Shown here: piece after piece, positions 43,994-53,341 of the stretch
Layout: the number at the start of each line of letters is the position of its first letter
Position numbering within the stretch: position 1 is the stretch's first letter
IMG/VR virus record: IMGVR_UViG_3300030503_000287
DNA from: a virus
DNA: 64,000 nt
Reading direction: 5' to 3' (one strand)
Made by a program: the position numbers and the translations under genes
Notes under the pieces: generated by a model
Told to the model about the DNA's origin: nothing
The model's input: the letters and a program-made list of their open reading frames with translations, nothing else
Database searches by the model: none

Positions 43994-45061
43994 TCATGAT
44001 TTCTTCAACTCCTTCAAGAATTCAAGCGCACGGTCAATCATCGAAGGTTCGGACCAATTTGACAAACGCTGCTCTAGAAGGGCATTATACATAGGCAACA
44101 CGAATGGGTTACCAATTATTTCCTTTAATCGCTCAAACAACCCGATCATAGAACCCACAAACAAGATTTGGCCAGCGTCAAGGTGTGCAGATAGTTTTGA
44201 ACTTCTCTCGTCTCTCAATTCGTTCGAAAGAGTATTCAACTGAATCTTTAAACTCTCATTCTGTGTTCGGTACTGATCGGCTTCAGGCGCAACAGAGAGA
44301 AGTTCTAGAAAATCATTTGAAAGACGCTCGACATTAGAGACAGGCTTTCTATCGTCTTTGACTTCAATGACTGAAACTACAGATTCTGTTTCCTCTATTA
44401 ATTTTTTGTCTATAGAGACCTCCCCAATACATTTTGGTTTTACTATAATATCCCCATCCTTACTCCAGTTTGCGTCCTTAACTGGTTCTTTGTGCCTCAA
44501 ATAGTCCTGCTCTTCTTTCGATAGTGTAGTCATATCGATACCAACACTGCTAATAATAGCATCTGATGTTTTTGTATTCACAAAGAAATTCCTTGTTCTA
44601 TCTGTCGTTTTAACCACATCATCCCTCAGCGCTTCTACAAGACCCTTCTTGATAAGACGTGACATAGAAGCAGACACAGAATGAATTGATATATTTACAT
44701 CATCAGATACTGTTTTATAATCGGCATGAACTTTTGTGTTCGCTGTCTCATTTGCCATACGCCAGACATAAGAAAGTACTAGACGATCAATCTCTACATT
44801 TTCAACAGTTCCGTATTTCATTTTTGTTAGACGTTCTAGGGTTTGTAGTTCTGTGACAGTAATACCTAGAGCACAAGCAATTTTCTGCCTCTCTTCGTTG
44901 GTTGAAAAACGTTTGGCATGTTCGTAGTCGCTGACATCGTAAAATTTCCAAACACCAATTATCTCAGCTAGTTGTGGTTGAGATATTCCTTTCTCCCAGC
45001 GTACATCACCTATTGGAGTATTGGGCTTTCTTTTTGATACTGTCGTTGCTTTTGTGTTCAT
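43994..45061 (-). CDS. putative transcriptional regulator (XRE-like HTH plus wHTH)
   Basis: GISQPQLAEIIGV near the N-terminus. SIHSVSASMSRLIKKGLVEAL as a second HTH. Coiled-coil C-terminus. Confidence 0.55.
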   Translation of the reverse strand: MNTKATTVSKRKPNTPIGDVRWEKGISQPQLAEIIGVWKFYDVSDYEHAKRFSTNEERQKIACALGITVTELQTLERLTKMKYGTVENVEIDRLVLSYVWRMANETANTKVHADYKTVSDDVNISIHSVSASMSRLIKKGLVEALRDDVVKTTDRTRNFFVNTKTSDAIISSVGIDMTTLSKEEQDYLRHKEPVKDANWSKDGDIIVKPKCIGEVSIDKKLIEETESVVSVIEVKDDRKPVSNVERLSNDFLELLSVAPEADQYRTQNESLKIQLNTLSNELRDERSSKLSAHLDAGQILFVGSMIGLFERLKEIIGNPFVLPMYNALLEQRLSNWSEPSMIDRALEFLKELKKS

Positions 45062-45429
45062 GTGTGTTTTCCTATAAATTCTAAGATGGATTGTTCAAAT
45101 TCACTATCTCTCAAACCATCTGGTTTCGGGTCATATCCAGTTTCTAACCATGCGTTTCTTGTTTCTCTTTCCCAATGCCACGGATTGCCAATTGTAACTA
45201 TTGCAAATTCTTTATTTACAATTATATTAAAACGAACTCCTCTAACATTCCTACACCCCCAACATTCGGTCCTATTATTCACCTTGCATTTAAATAAAGG
45301 GTACAGAAGACATTCTCGTATCTCAACATCAGATTGATACATCCCTAATGTTGGAGCTATACGTTCTCGATATCGTAGTATTGCATGTTTGCTCACATAC
45401 GGTATGGTGAATTGAGATTCAAAACTCAT
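45058..45429 (-). CDS. hypothetical protein
   Basis: 123-aa ORF with ATGA-type coupling. Confidence 0.5.
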   Translation of the reverse strand: MSFESQFTIPYVSKHAILRYRERIAPTLGMYQSDVEIRECLLYPLFKCKVNNRTECWGCRNVRGVRFNIIVNKEFAIVTIGNPWHWERETRNAWLETGYDPKPDGLRDSEFEQSILEFIGKHT

Positions 45430-45521
45430 GATGTATTATACCAGATTTTACTACAATTTTGCATAATTTTATGATATCCCTCTCAAAATTTTTTGAAAAA
45501 ATTTCAGGATTTGACAAGTTT

Positions 45522-45758
45522 TCAAATCAGACCTAGATATCTGTCAATTGCTTGTCTAACTTTGATTAAATCATCTTCCGTGAGCGTTCCAATCCTTACA
45601 GTATGTCGTAAAGGGTGTGTGGGTGTGGGAATATCAGGGAATACCAGTTCATCCATTTTTATTCTGAAAACTTCATCCTCGGCGTTTTCAGACTCCATCG
45701 ATAAGGTAAAGAATGGTGAGAGCGATTCTGTTACCCACACCTTTTTTATTTTATTCAT
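45522..45758 (-). CDS. hypothetical protein
   Basis: 78-aa ORF. Confidence 0.45.
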   Translation of the reverse strand: MNKIKKVWVTESLSPFFTLSMESENAEDEVFRIKMDELVFPDIPTPTHPLRHTVRIGTLTEDDLIKVRQAIDRYLGLI

Positions 45759-45787
45759 TTATTGCTATCCTTGTATCCGGCAAATTT

Positions 45788-46120
45788 TCAAATCTGGTTT
45801 GGTTCTCTCAAAACTTCAGTCACTCGCTTCTTACCGCCAGCGAACCTACAAGCCTTGTCTATCTCACCGTTTCTGCAAAACCAGTCTTTGTCACTTTCAA
45901 AATATATCTTGTTCATGCAACGAGTAACATTAATTCCACCAACACCGTAAAAGCGGCCAAGTATGTGACTGGCATTCCATTGATTTTTGAATTCATAGAC
46001 TGCTTTATATGTGATTGGTTGTTCCACTTCTTCAGAGGGCTTCTGTTGCCTCTCAGACGCATTCATAAGAGACTTAAACCATAACTCGTATTCAGATCGT
46101 TTAACTTGGATGTGTGTCAT
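45788..46120 (-). CDS. hypothetical protein
   Basis: 110-aa ORF. Confidence 0.5.
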   Translation of the reverse strand: MTHIQVKRSEYELWFKSLMNASERQQKPSEEVEQPITYKAVYEFKNQWNASHILGRFYGVGGINVTRCMNKIYFESDKDWFCRNGEIDKACRFAGGKKRVTEVLREPNQI

Positions 46121-46345
46121 TTAAAGACCTCTTTGTATCTTCAACTCTTCGTAATTGATAATTGTTTCTGTCTGACGTTCTGTTGCAGTCACTAACGCAA
46201 GAGTTGCAAAAACTTGCGCACGAGCATGATGGTACACTGCCATTTGTAAATCCACACGACATTCAGGGCTCCCGGTTGCTTCATCGTTGGCGGACTGCAA
46301 TTCCGCCTCGGCCCATGCTTCATACTTCTCGACTATTGATTTCAT
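46121..46345 (-). CDS. hypothetical protein
   Basis: 74-aa ORF that abuts the next gene. Confidence 0.5.
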   Translation of the reverse strand: MKSIVEKYEAWAEAELQSANDEATGSPECRVDLQMAVYHHARAQVFATLALVTATERQTETIINYEELKIQRGL

Positions 46346-46357
46346 TTAAATTCACTC

Positions 46358-46687
46358 CTATTTTCCTTCAAGCAACTGTTCGATATCAATCAATATGTCT
46401 TCGGCAGCTTCTTGTTTTCTAATATAACTATAATCATTTTTTGACATACGATCTTCAGTTATTTGACTAATCATCGATCCATAGTTCTTAACCATCTGAA
46501 TTATCTCTTTGGTAGAGTGCTTCATTTGTTTAACCCTAAATCCGTTTAAAAATGCCCAACCAGCTTGAGTAAGTACTGTAAAATCATCCACATCATTCAG
46601 ATATGGAACAAACGCTGGTATGGCAGTATGTAGATTTTCTTCGATAATTATATCTTGTTCTTCCAACGTCAATTCTGATAGTTTCAT
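46358..46687 (-). CDS. hypothetical protein
   Basis: 109-aa ORF. Confidence 0.5.
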   Translation of the reverse strand: MKLSELTLEEQDIIIEENLHTAIPAFVPYLNDVDDFTVLTQAGWAFLNGFRVKQMKHSTKEIIQMVKNYGSMISQITEDRMSKNDYSYIRKQEAAEDILIDIEQLLEGK

Positions 46688-46790
46688 TTAAAAGCCTCCA
46701 AACAAATAGCGTAAACAAGGGGTTCTATTCGTACCATGGCATTGCCCGCCACATTCAAAATTTTAATGTTATAGCGTTCTAACCACAATT

Positions 46791-46988
46791 TCAAGCATTT
46801 TTAAATTCCCTCCATCCATCAGGATAAACCTCAACATCTCCCATTTCACTATCTACAAAATAGAAGCTGTCACCACGACGAACAACCGGGTATATCTGGG
46901 CATTTAATTGTCCATCCAACACCAATACAACTACCTTTACATTTTGTGGACATGTCTCGTATGGTCGTCGCCAATCGTTTTCTACCAT
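46791..46988 (-). CDS. hypothetical protein
   Basis: 65-aa ORF. Confidence 0.5.
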   Translation of the reverse strand: MVENDWRRPYETCPQNVKVVVLVLDGQLNAQIYPVVRRGDSFYFVDSEMGDVEVYPDGWREFKNA

Positions 46989-47105
46989 TTAGATAACCCC
47001 ACTCTCTTATATCGTATTCTTCGTGTTGTTGGATCAGCTTTGCGTAATTCCTTGAGTGCCAGCGCAAATTCTCTTAGTGTCTTTTGTTCTTACCATATTA
47101 CAAAC

Positions 47106-47471
47106 CTACTTTTCATTTTTCTTTCCTACCACATATTCACATGGGTCGTTGTGTGGATCTAAATGCCAAACCATATGCCAATGAAAATCAGAGCCAAAAT
47201 ATTGTTTAGTATCTTGGGAACAATACGGGCATATTCTTCGTCGAGTCGGAGCTTGACGCCCTTCAGACTCCCACCCTTCTTGTTCCATACGAAGGTCTGA
47301 AACAAAGATTGTTTGTAACAAAACAGAACGTCCTCGTTCAGAACGCGCAAAATCATCAAGACGATGGGTTATCTCCCAACAGGGAGTGCATAGTTTTGTC
47401 CCTAACATATTCGTTGGTGTACCACATACTTTACAAGGAATCATTTTGTACCTATCCTTTATAGATTTCAC
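47106..47471 (-). CDS. zinc-finger protein
   Basis: CKVCG ... CTPC and CPYC motifs. Confidence 0.5.
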   Translation of the reverse strand: MKSIKDRYKMIPCKVCGTPTNMLGTKLCTPCWEITHRLDDFARSERGRSVLLQTIFVSDLRMEQEGWESEGRQAPTRRRICPYCSQDTKQYFGSDFHWHMVWHLDPHNDPCEYVVGKKNEK

Positions 47472-47703
47472 TATCTAGCTTTTGTTTGGCCAGCGCTGAC
47501 GATTCCCTTACTATTTCTTCGCCCTTGTAAATACGAAAACCGACAATAAATGTATCGTTTTTATTAACCATATTTTGCGCTTTATGTTGGGCACTCAATA
47601 TCGTACCTTTGAATTTTTGTTTCGGGAAACTTTTATGCAACCCGACAAGTTCTATTTCAAATTCCCCATCTGTTTCATTTCCACACTGTGGACATAGAGT
47701 CAT
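47452..47703 (-). CDS. zinc-ribbon protein
   Basis: 83 aa starting MTLCPQCG. GAGGAAAG RBS. Confidence 0.5.
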   Translation of the reverse strand: MTLCPQCGNETDGEFEIELVGLHKSFPKQKFKGTILSAQHKAQNMVNKNDTFIVGFRIYKGEEIVRESSALAKQKLDSEIYKG

Positions 47704-47724
47704 TATTCTTTCCTCACTACATAC

Positions 47725-47753
47725 ATTATACCATAATTTTGCATAAAATACAA
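47725..47753 (-). promoter_or_regulatory. sigma70-type promoter (TTGTAT-17-TGgTATAAT)
   Basis: Minus strand reads TTGTAT, a 17-nt spacer tttatgcaaaattatgg, then TATAAT. Upstream of ATG 47703. Confidence 0.6.
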
Positions 47754-48446
47754 CTATTTAACACAAGTATTTCCTGGTGTCCATGTATCTTTCTTTATAT
47801 CTTTGTGTTCCTCTACCCAGGCGCTGAGGTATGTTTGTACTGATTTGTACCAGGCATATTGACTGTTGATGTTTAGATTCATTCCTTTATACTTATCGTC
47901 TGCTTGACCCATATATTCATGTATTTCACCGGTTAAATTAACAAGTGGAAGATACAACCACCAAGGAGTAAGGACTAACGAATACTTGTCTGCTACACAT
48001 AGTTTTGAATACTGAGCGTTGTCCTTCTTCGCATAAAAGCGTGAGTGGTAAAGGGTGAAATAATACCACTCACTACAGACTGAACATCCTTTGTCCTGAC
48101 ATTCATCACACGGTAAGCCCCAAACAATATCGAAATAGCGCATGATCTTAGCGCCTAACTCGACATGTTTTTCTCCTTCGGGACCATCCATGTTTTTGCA
48201 TGAAAAATACCCAATATCGTGTACGAAGAAGACTACCCATAGACGTATGTCTTTAGGGAAACCATAAAGCTTCCACCAAGCGAAAAATACGAATACAGGG
48301 TGAATCCAGAAGGTGTGAGCGCCAAAAACAAGTGACCTCAAACCAATCGGCCATTTCTTAATATCTTTAAATATCATATAGATAAGATGGGTGGTTATAA
48401 AACCCACAAGAACAAACATTATCAAAACATATTCAAATAGTGTCAT
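47754..48446 (-). CDS. membrane-associated HD-domain-like protein
   Basis: Hydrophobic N-terminal helices. FFVHDIGYF and GEKHVELG fit an H...HD core. Confidence 0.45.
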   Translation of the reverse strand: MTLFEYVLIMFVLVGFITTHLIYMIFKDIKKWPIGLRSLVFGAHTFWIHPVFVFFAWWKLYGFPKDIRLWVVFFVHDIGYFSCKNMDGPEGEKHVELGAKIMRYFDIVWGLPCDECQDKGCSVCSEWYYFTLYHSRFYAKKDNAQYSKLCVADKYSLVLTPWWLYLPLVNLTGEIHEYMGQADDKYKGMNLNINSQYAWYKSVQTYLSAWVEEHKDIKKDTWTPGNTCVK

Positions 48447-48780
48447 TATTCTTTATCCATTCTTCTACTTTTGAAATCGCTTCTTCGAAAGGCCATACAA
48501 CATATTCCCCAACAAACTCTCCATTTCTATCCATGTAAATTCTAGGTTTATCTATAATTACATAGTAAAGTGGCTGACATTCATGTTTTTCAACGATCAA
48601 AGAACGACCATAATATTTACCTTTTTGTATCTTACCAAAATTGAATGTTGTTGCTTTCTCTAAGAAAGTACGACCGATTAGAAGATCCTCCAAGGCGTCT
48701 CCAATTCGCCATGTGACATCCACACCATCGTTCCAACACTGGAAAGATTCTTTAACTTCTTCTACTGTTAAATTAAACAT
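48433..48780 (-). CDS. hypothetical protein
   Basis: 115-aa ORF. Confidence 0.5.
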   Translation of the reverse strand: MFNLTVEEVKESFQCWNDGVDVTWRIGDALEDLLIGRTFLEKATTFNFGKIQKGKYYGRSLIVEKHECQPLYYVIIDKPRIYMDRNGEFVGEYVVWPFEEAISKVEEWIKNNDTI

Positions 48781-48955
48781 TAATTTCTTTTACCACCTGC
48801 TTTATTATCTTGCGTGTTCGTTTAAGACACTCCCCAAAATCGCCTCTAACGGCCTTTTCGTAGTCATCAATCGCTTTTATACGTTCTGGAGTATCTGCCT
48901 GTTCTGGGTCTGTCAGTGAGATTACGAGAGCAGTTTCTGCTTCTTCAATGGTCAT
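48773..48955 (-). CDS. hypothetical protein (60 aa)
   Basis: Start moved to the internal ATG 48955 (GGAGAGG RBS). The longer form overlaps the upstream gene by 134 nt. Confidence 0.45.
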   Translation of the reverse strand: MTIEEAETALVISLTDPEQADTPERIKAIDDYEKAVRGDFGECLKRTRKIIKQVVKEINV

Positions 48956-49583
48956 TTTGTAATCCTCTCCATGCTTGCAAAGCACCCCTAACACCAACGT
49001 AAACTTCACGCAAGGTATTGTCGCTTGGTTCTTTATCGAAATCATAATCCTGTAAATCACGCAATATTTCAAATCCATTTAATGCCTTACAGACTTCTTC
49101 AGCTAATTCTAATCGTGTAAGGGGTTTTGGTTGCTGGGCGATTTCTAGATTTTTAACAGCCTGCTTGTAATTATCACTTAAAGGCCCAGAACCATCAAGA
49201 TTCTGATGTGTTGTAAAGTAATTAGCAAAGGCAGTTGCAGCTTTACTAACTTCTAATTTTAATGTTTCAATATCCACCGGAGGCTGTAAACTTGCACAAT
49301 ATTTACTTATCGCTATAGCAAGTTCTTTATAGGGGAACCATTCTCCATCCACTTCTTGAGTTTGTACTTTTACAGCTTTTACAACACTTAGTAATCTTAA
49401 AACTTCTTGGGCTTCGGGAGATATTCGTTCGGTGAATAAAGGGTCATATACGGCATTAATACCATCTATATATGATTCTGCGAATCCATTCAAGAACTCA
49501 CCACCATCGCTACATTTTGACAAAACATCATACCGTTTGACAAGCAAATCTATTTGCCACTTTGGTAAATCATAGAATTTCAT
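48945..49583 (-). CDS. hypothetical protein, member of local paralogue trio
   Basis: Shares ...PKPLTRLELAEEVCKAL... with the 49570 and 50227 genes. Confidence 0.55.
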   Translation of the reverse strand: MKFYDLPKWQIDLLVKRYDVLSKCSDGGEFLNGFAESYIDGINAVYDPLFTERISPEAQEVLRLLSVVKAVKVQTQEVDGEWFPYKELAIAISKYCASLQPPVDIETLKLEVSKAATAFANYFTTHQNLDGSGPLSDNYKQAVKNLEIAQQPKPLTRLELAEEVCKALNGFEILRDLQDYDFDKEPSDNTLREVYVGVRGALQAWRGLQNDH

Positions 49584-49980
49584 ATATGGCCTCTTTCCAT
49601 TTAAAAAGTGAATCTCTTACCAATAGCCAATTTTCTTTGTTGAGTTTGGTTTGTTCGATATATTCCGACAATGTATTGCAAACCTTCTCCGCTAACTCCG
49701 CTCGTGTTGGAGGTTTAGGTGTTTTAGCTACCGTGAGGGCTTGTCTTGCTTGTCTATAATCATCCTTTAGTCTCTCAAGAGTTGATCGTACACCATTATC
49801 ATCAAGAAGGCAAATATTATTACATTTCTCTACAGGATAAGCATGGAGAGCTTTGAGACAGCGAACACCACGAACAAAATATTCTTGTAATGAATCTAGG
49901 GTTGTGTTTACATCTCTGAAAGAACAAAACTCTTTTTCTACTAATTTGCATTCTTCTTTTGTTAAATCTTTAACTTTCAT
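49570..49980 (-). CDS. hypothetical protein, member of local paralogue trio
   Basis: Contains TPKPPTRAELAEKVCNTL. Confidence 0.55.
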   Translation of the reverse strand: MKVKDLTKEECKLVEKEFCSFRDVNTTLDSLQEYFVRGVRCLKALHAYPVEKCNNICLLDDNGVRSTLERLKDDYRQARQALTVAKTPKPPTRAELAEKVCNTLSEYIEQTKLNKENWLLVRDSLFKWKEAIYEIL

Positions 49981-50282
49981 ATATTTCTCCCGTTAATCTG
50001 TATCCATTCAGTCCAACCGTCGTTATCTTCTCTATCAATATCCCTTGATCGACGTAATATCATAAGTTGCCAGTCGTTACTTCCAAATATAAGACCCGGC
50101 ATTACTTCAGAGAGTAAGTGTAGTTTGAAGTTTGAGGCATTCTCATAAACCACACTCTCAATTTGTTCATCGTCTCGCACCACTTCATAGTAATAATCGT
50201 ATTGAGGACCATTGCCACTAATTAGATCAACTAGAGGGATTGTTTGCGTCATAACTTTTCTTCCATTTATCCAGTGCGACAA
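49977..50282 (-). CDS. hypothetical protein
   Basis: 101-aa ORF. Start uncertain because it overlaps the upstream gene. Confidence 0.45.
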   Translation of the reverse strand: MSHWINGRKVMTQTIPLVDLISGNGPQYDYYYEVVRDDEQIESVVYENASNFKLHLLSEVMPGLIFGSNDWQLMILRRSRDIDREDNDGWTEWIQINGRNI

Positions 50283-50619
50283 TTATCGGAGCATTTTTAT
50301 GTCGATACTCTTCTACAAGCTTACATACCTCTCGTGCTAATTCAAGTTCGGTGGGTGGCACCAAACTAGCATTGTATTCATTAACAGCATTTTTTAATTC
50401 AAATAAACTAACAGGACTGTAAGGATGTTCTTTGTATCTTTCAATATAATCAAGCGCATGATAAAAAACAGCAACTGCTTCGGGAGTTATGCACTTTTTA
50501 AGATTATCTATTTCCTCATGAGCAGTTTTAAGATCTTCAAATGCTTCTGAATTTGCTTTGGTAAGAAGGTGTTTGTCTTTAAGAGCCGAATTTATATTTT
50601 CAATTGTAAAGTTGTACAT
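50227..50619 (-). CDS. hypothetical protein, member of local paralogue trio
   Basis: Contains VPPTELELAREVCKLV. Confidence 0.55.
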   Translation of the reverse strand: MYNFTIENINSALKDKHLLTKANSEAFEDLKTAHEEIDNLKKCITPEAVAVFYHALDYIERYKEHPYSPVSLFELKNAVNEYNASLVPPTELELAREVCKLVEEYRHKNAPIIVALDKWKKSYDANNPSS

Positions 50620-51100
50620 TATATCTCCCCAAACATTTTGAACATATGGGTCAGTTCATACAGACCCATTTCATGCTTTTCATCTATGAATACTGTAATA
50701 TAGTATTCTCTCAAAGCTTTCCAGAGAACTGCATCATCTTTATCGGACGCTAGAAACCTATCATAAATCTCTATAGATGCAAGCGCAGAATGATCGCAGT
50801 AGCCTTTTTGATCTGGAAGGAGACCACATTCATATTCCAACTGCCCTTCATAAATTGGAGTGTATGAATGATATCCAAGAGAAAGACCAAAACCATTTTT
50901 AATGTGTCTGGAATATCATTCGGATCAACACTGAGTGGATACCTATTATCCATATAGGAATAAGATACACCTCCCAGCGGACCTATAAGGGTGAGCCAGT
51001 GAATATTTGGGCTTGTAAGAGCGCTTGTATCTGAACCTGGCTCTATCCAAACATCCCTAACAAGGTTAAACTCAGCTTCTTTTGTTAATTGTTCTAACAT
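50619..51100 (-). pseudogene. single gene apparently broken at an A5 run (two overlapping ORFs)
   Basis: The 50771..51100 frame reads ...DPNDIPDTLK and then drifts. The -1 frame continues NGFGLSLGYHSYTPIYEGQLEYECGLLPDQKGYCDH... to 50619. The switch point is UUAAAAAUGG (plus-strand T5 at 50896-50900). Confidence 0.45.
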
Positions 51101-51363
51101 TATTTCTTTGCCTCTTCTTTGTTTGGGAACAAATTGTGTTTAATTACATTCAATATCCATACAACGAACCAAAATATTCCAACGAACTGCCAGAAGGGGA
51201 TATATGGAAAGTGTAGATATTTAACAATATCATGAATGTACAAGTACCACATGAAGTATTGAAATAGGCCCCCAATTATCAACAAGGCACAAATGCCGGT
51301 TACAACGATTAATGCTACAATTATATTCGTAAATATATCATCGTCTAATTTTTGTAATTTCAT
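51100..51363 (-). CDS. two-helix membrane protein
   Basis: 87 aa with two long hydrophobic segments. Confidence 0.55.
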   Translation of the reverse strand: MKLQKLDDDIFTNIIVALIVVTGICALLIIGGLFQYFMWYLYIHDIVKYLHFPYIPFWQFVGIFWFVVWILNVIKHNLFPNKEEAKK

Positions 51364-51540
51364 TTATTTATACTCCGTATGTCTTCGTAAATATACACGC
51401 GCTGTTTCCGCCAGCTTCATTTGTTCAGCGTGATTGCCACTCATAACTGCGTCTCCGATACGTTTTAGAATTACATTCAACTCAGCGCGTCGGATTTTAG
51501 AGAGTTGAGATGTACGAACTTGTATTTCATGAGATGTCAT
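51364..51540 (-). CDS. hypothetical protein (58 aa)
   Basis: ATG 51540. MTSHEIQVRTSQLSKIRRAELNVILKRIGDAVMSGNHAEQMKLAETARVYLRRHTEYK. TAAATG junction with the next gene. Below the ORF-track cutoff. Confidence 0.5.
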   Translation of the reverse strand: MTSHEIQVRTSQLSKIRRAELNVILKRIGDAVMSGNHAEQMKLAETARVYLRRHTEYK

Positions 51541-51545
51541 GATTT

Positions 51546-51574
51546 ATTATAGCATAAAATAACATAAAATACAA
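51546..51574 (-). promoter_or_regulatory. sigma70-type promoter, possibly leaderless transcript
   Basis: Minus strand reads TTGTAT, 17 nt, TGcTATAAT. The -10 ends 5 nt before ATG 51540. Confidence 0.5.
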
Positions 51575-51580
51575 TAGTTT

Positions 51581-51895
51581 TTATCTTTTACTACTACCTT
51601 TATGGCTGTTGTGTTTTGATCCATATCTCAACACATACCAGTTACATCGTACAATGCCCTCACGACGACCTGTGAACTCAGTGAATGAGCGACTGGGTAA
51701 GTCAAACCGCGAACTGTATCTTCGTGCAGAACGATCTGCAATAATCGCTTTGAATTTTTTACCTTTATATTCTAAAATAATAGTAGTGCCAAAAGGGAGA
51801 TCGTACCTGCCAGCTATTCTATGACCACCATAATGAGAACCATCGGCATTTTTGGTGCCGCCATTATAATGAGACACTATGGCAATATTACACAT
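51581..51895 (-). CDS. RlpA/3D-like double-psi beta-barrel protein
   Basis: HYGGHRIAGRYDLPFGTTIILEYKGKKFKAIIADR resembles DPBB cell-wall-binding or lytic domains. Confidence 0.4.
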   Translation of the reverse strand: MCNIAIVSHYNGGTKNADGSHYGGHRIAGRYDLPFGTTIILEYKGKKFKAIIADRSARRYSSRFDLPSRSFTEFTGRREGIVRCNWYVLRYGSKHNSHKGSSKR

Positions 51896-52070
51896 ATAAA
51901 ACCTGAAATCCTATATGTGAACCATCTTGGCCAACTAAAAATTGAATATAAAACTTTACTTGTATATCTCGTGCTATTCCACCAAGAGCGTTTATAATGT
52001 CAGCATCAAATTGTGTTAATTTATCTGTATATTGATCTTGTGGTTCGTCTAGTTGCTCTTCTATTCTCAT
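51888..52070 (-). CDS. hypothetical protein
   Basis: 60-aa ORF. Confidence 0.4.
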   Translation of the reverse strand: MRIEEQLDEPQDQYTDKLTQFDADIINALGGIARDIQVKFYIQFLVGQDGSHIGFQVLYV

Positions 52071-52107
52071 TTTAATAACCTTTCTATCGCCTCTTCCGTG
52101 CAGCCTT

Positions 52108-52377
52108 CTAGGTAGTTAACTGTCTTAGACATGATTTTGCTCTTGATTCGTGTGTTTTGGTTGAAATAAAAGTAAATCCACTATCATAAAATACCCGTCC
52201 TGGAAACAGGTTTGATATGAAAGACCATGCACGTTCTTTGGAACCATCACCGTTGAAATAGTGACGATCCAGACCTACCAAAAGAAAGTAGTTCAGTGGT
52301 GAATCGATAGTTGTTGAGTATTCTTCCAAACTCACAGTTCTACCATCATTTAATTTATCCTTAAATATTTTTTTCAT
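52108..52377 (-). CDS. hypothetical protein
   Basis: 89-aa ORF. Confidence 0.5.
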   Translation of the reverse strand: MKKIFKDKLNDGRTVSLEEYSTTIDSPLNYFLLVGLDRHYFNGDGSKERAWSFISNLFPGRVFYDSGFTFISTKTHESRAKSCLRQLTT

Positions 52378-52589
52378 AACACTATCACCTTTTCGCCTAT
52401 AGTCGAGGAATGATCAAAAGATCTATTATCCAATCTTTCTTTAGATTCTCGTTTGTTGTTAATGTGCATATATTCAATTCTAGGATTTGAAGGAGTATGG
52501 CAACTAAAACAAGTACCTACTTTAATTTCCAAATCTCCCTCAGCGTCAATCAAGTCTTGAATTTTCTGAATATACTCAGATGTTTTCAT
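52374..52589 (-). CDS. hypothetical protein
   Basis: 71-aa ORF with ATGA coupling. Confidence 0.5.
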   Translation of the reverse strand: MKTSEYIQKIQDLIDAEGDLEIKVGTCFSCHTPSNPRIEYMHINNKRESKERLDNRSFDHSSTIGEKVIVL

Positions 52590-52590
52590 A

Positions 52591-52881
52591 TTATCTTTCT
52601 CCTAGTGCGATATAAATTGCCTCTACTTGACCAGGTTCACCAGCAATGAATGCGTAAGAGACATCGTAAGGTCGTTCTTTGGCTATTACCTGCACATTGG
52701 CGTCCAACTCACCAAAAGCTAATAGTTCTAAAACAAGGTCGTAAACAGTTCCAGGTTTGGAAGGTATGTGTGCAAATTCTATATTTGTTAGTGCACCTAA
52801 CCGTATGTTGTCGATACGATGCAGTAGTTCGTAAAGATACGAACGAGCTTGAAGCAAATCATTCGCGTTCAGTTGTTTCAT
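52591..52881 (-). CDS. hypothetical protein
   Basis: 96-aa ORF. Confidence 0.5.
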   Translation of the reverse strand: MKQLNANDLLQARSYLYELLHRIDNIRLGALTNIEFAHIPSKPGTVYDLVLELLAFGELDANVQVIAKERPYDVSYAFIAGEPGQVEAIYIALGER

Positions 52882-53093
52882 TTCTTCATCCTCTCTGCCC
52901 AGTTGTCAGAGATAATTTCTATTATTCTTGCAAGAATATACATCCACCACAAAGGAACTACAAGGCCAGGGAAGACACCAAACAATCCTGTATCAGGACC
53001 GTAATTAAGATATTCTGACTCGTTCGCTTTAACCCATGCCAATGTATATATTCCAGCTAGAATATATAGTATTATCAATATGAAGATAATCAT
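52878..53093 (-). CDS. small membrane protein (71 aa)
   Basis: Start moved to ATG 53093 (ATGA overlap with the upstream stop). MIIFILIILYILAGIYTLAWV... Confidence 0.5.
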   Translation of the reverse strand: MIIFILIILYILAGIYTLAWVKANESEYLNYGPDTGLFGVFPGLVVPLWWMYILARIIEIISDNWAERMKK

Positions 53094-53341
53094 TTCTTTC
53101 CCTTCTTCATACACCCACATGGATTGTATCGAACACATCGACAATTTGAACAACGAGCGAGAGACTGTTGAGTTAGTGAATAGTTAGTGCGCATATTCTT
53201 CAAGCCAACATTCTGTTGCTGTTGTTGTGAACGATCTGAAGATATAAAAGACTTAACTTGCGCAATCATTCCATCTGAGATTTCAAACATTTTATTTTTT
53301 CTTGTTATTCTGACGTACATCCGTACATCTTCCAATATCAA
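53090..53341 (-). CDS. hypothetical protein with Cys-rich C-terminus
   Basis: ORF ends CSNCRCVRYNPCGCMKKGKK. The true start may be ATG 53290. Confidence 0.45.
   Translation of the reverse strand: MILEDVRMYVRITRKNKMFEISDGMIAQVKSFISSDRSQQQQQNVGLKNMRTNYSLTQQSLARCSNCRCVRYNPCGCMKKGKK

Noticed and set aside
46870-47067. 65-aa ORF overlapping gene 46791..46988.
   Set aside because: It overlaps a better-supported gene in another frame. Only its upstream part may reflect the small HTH-like frame discussed in the findings.
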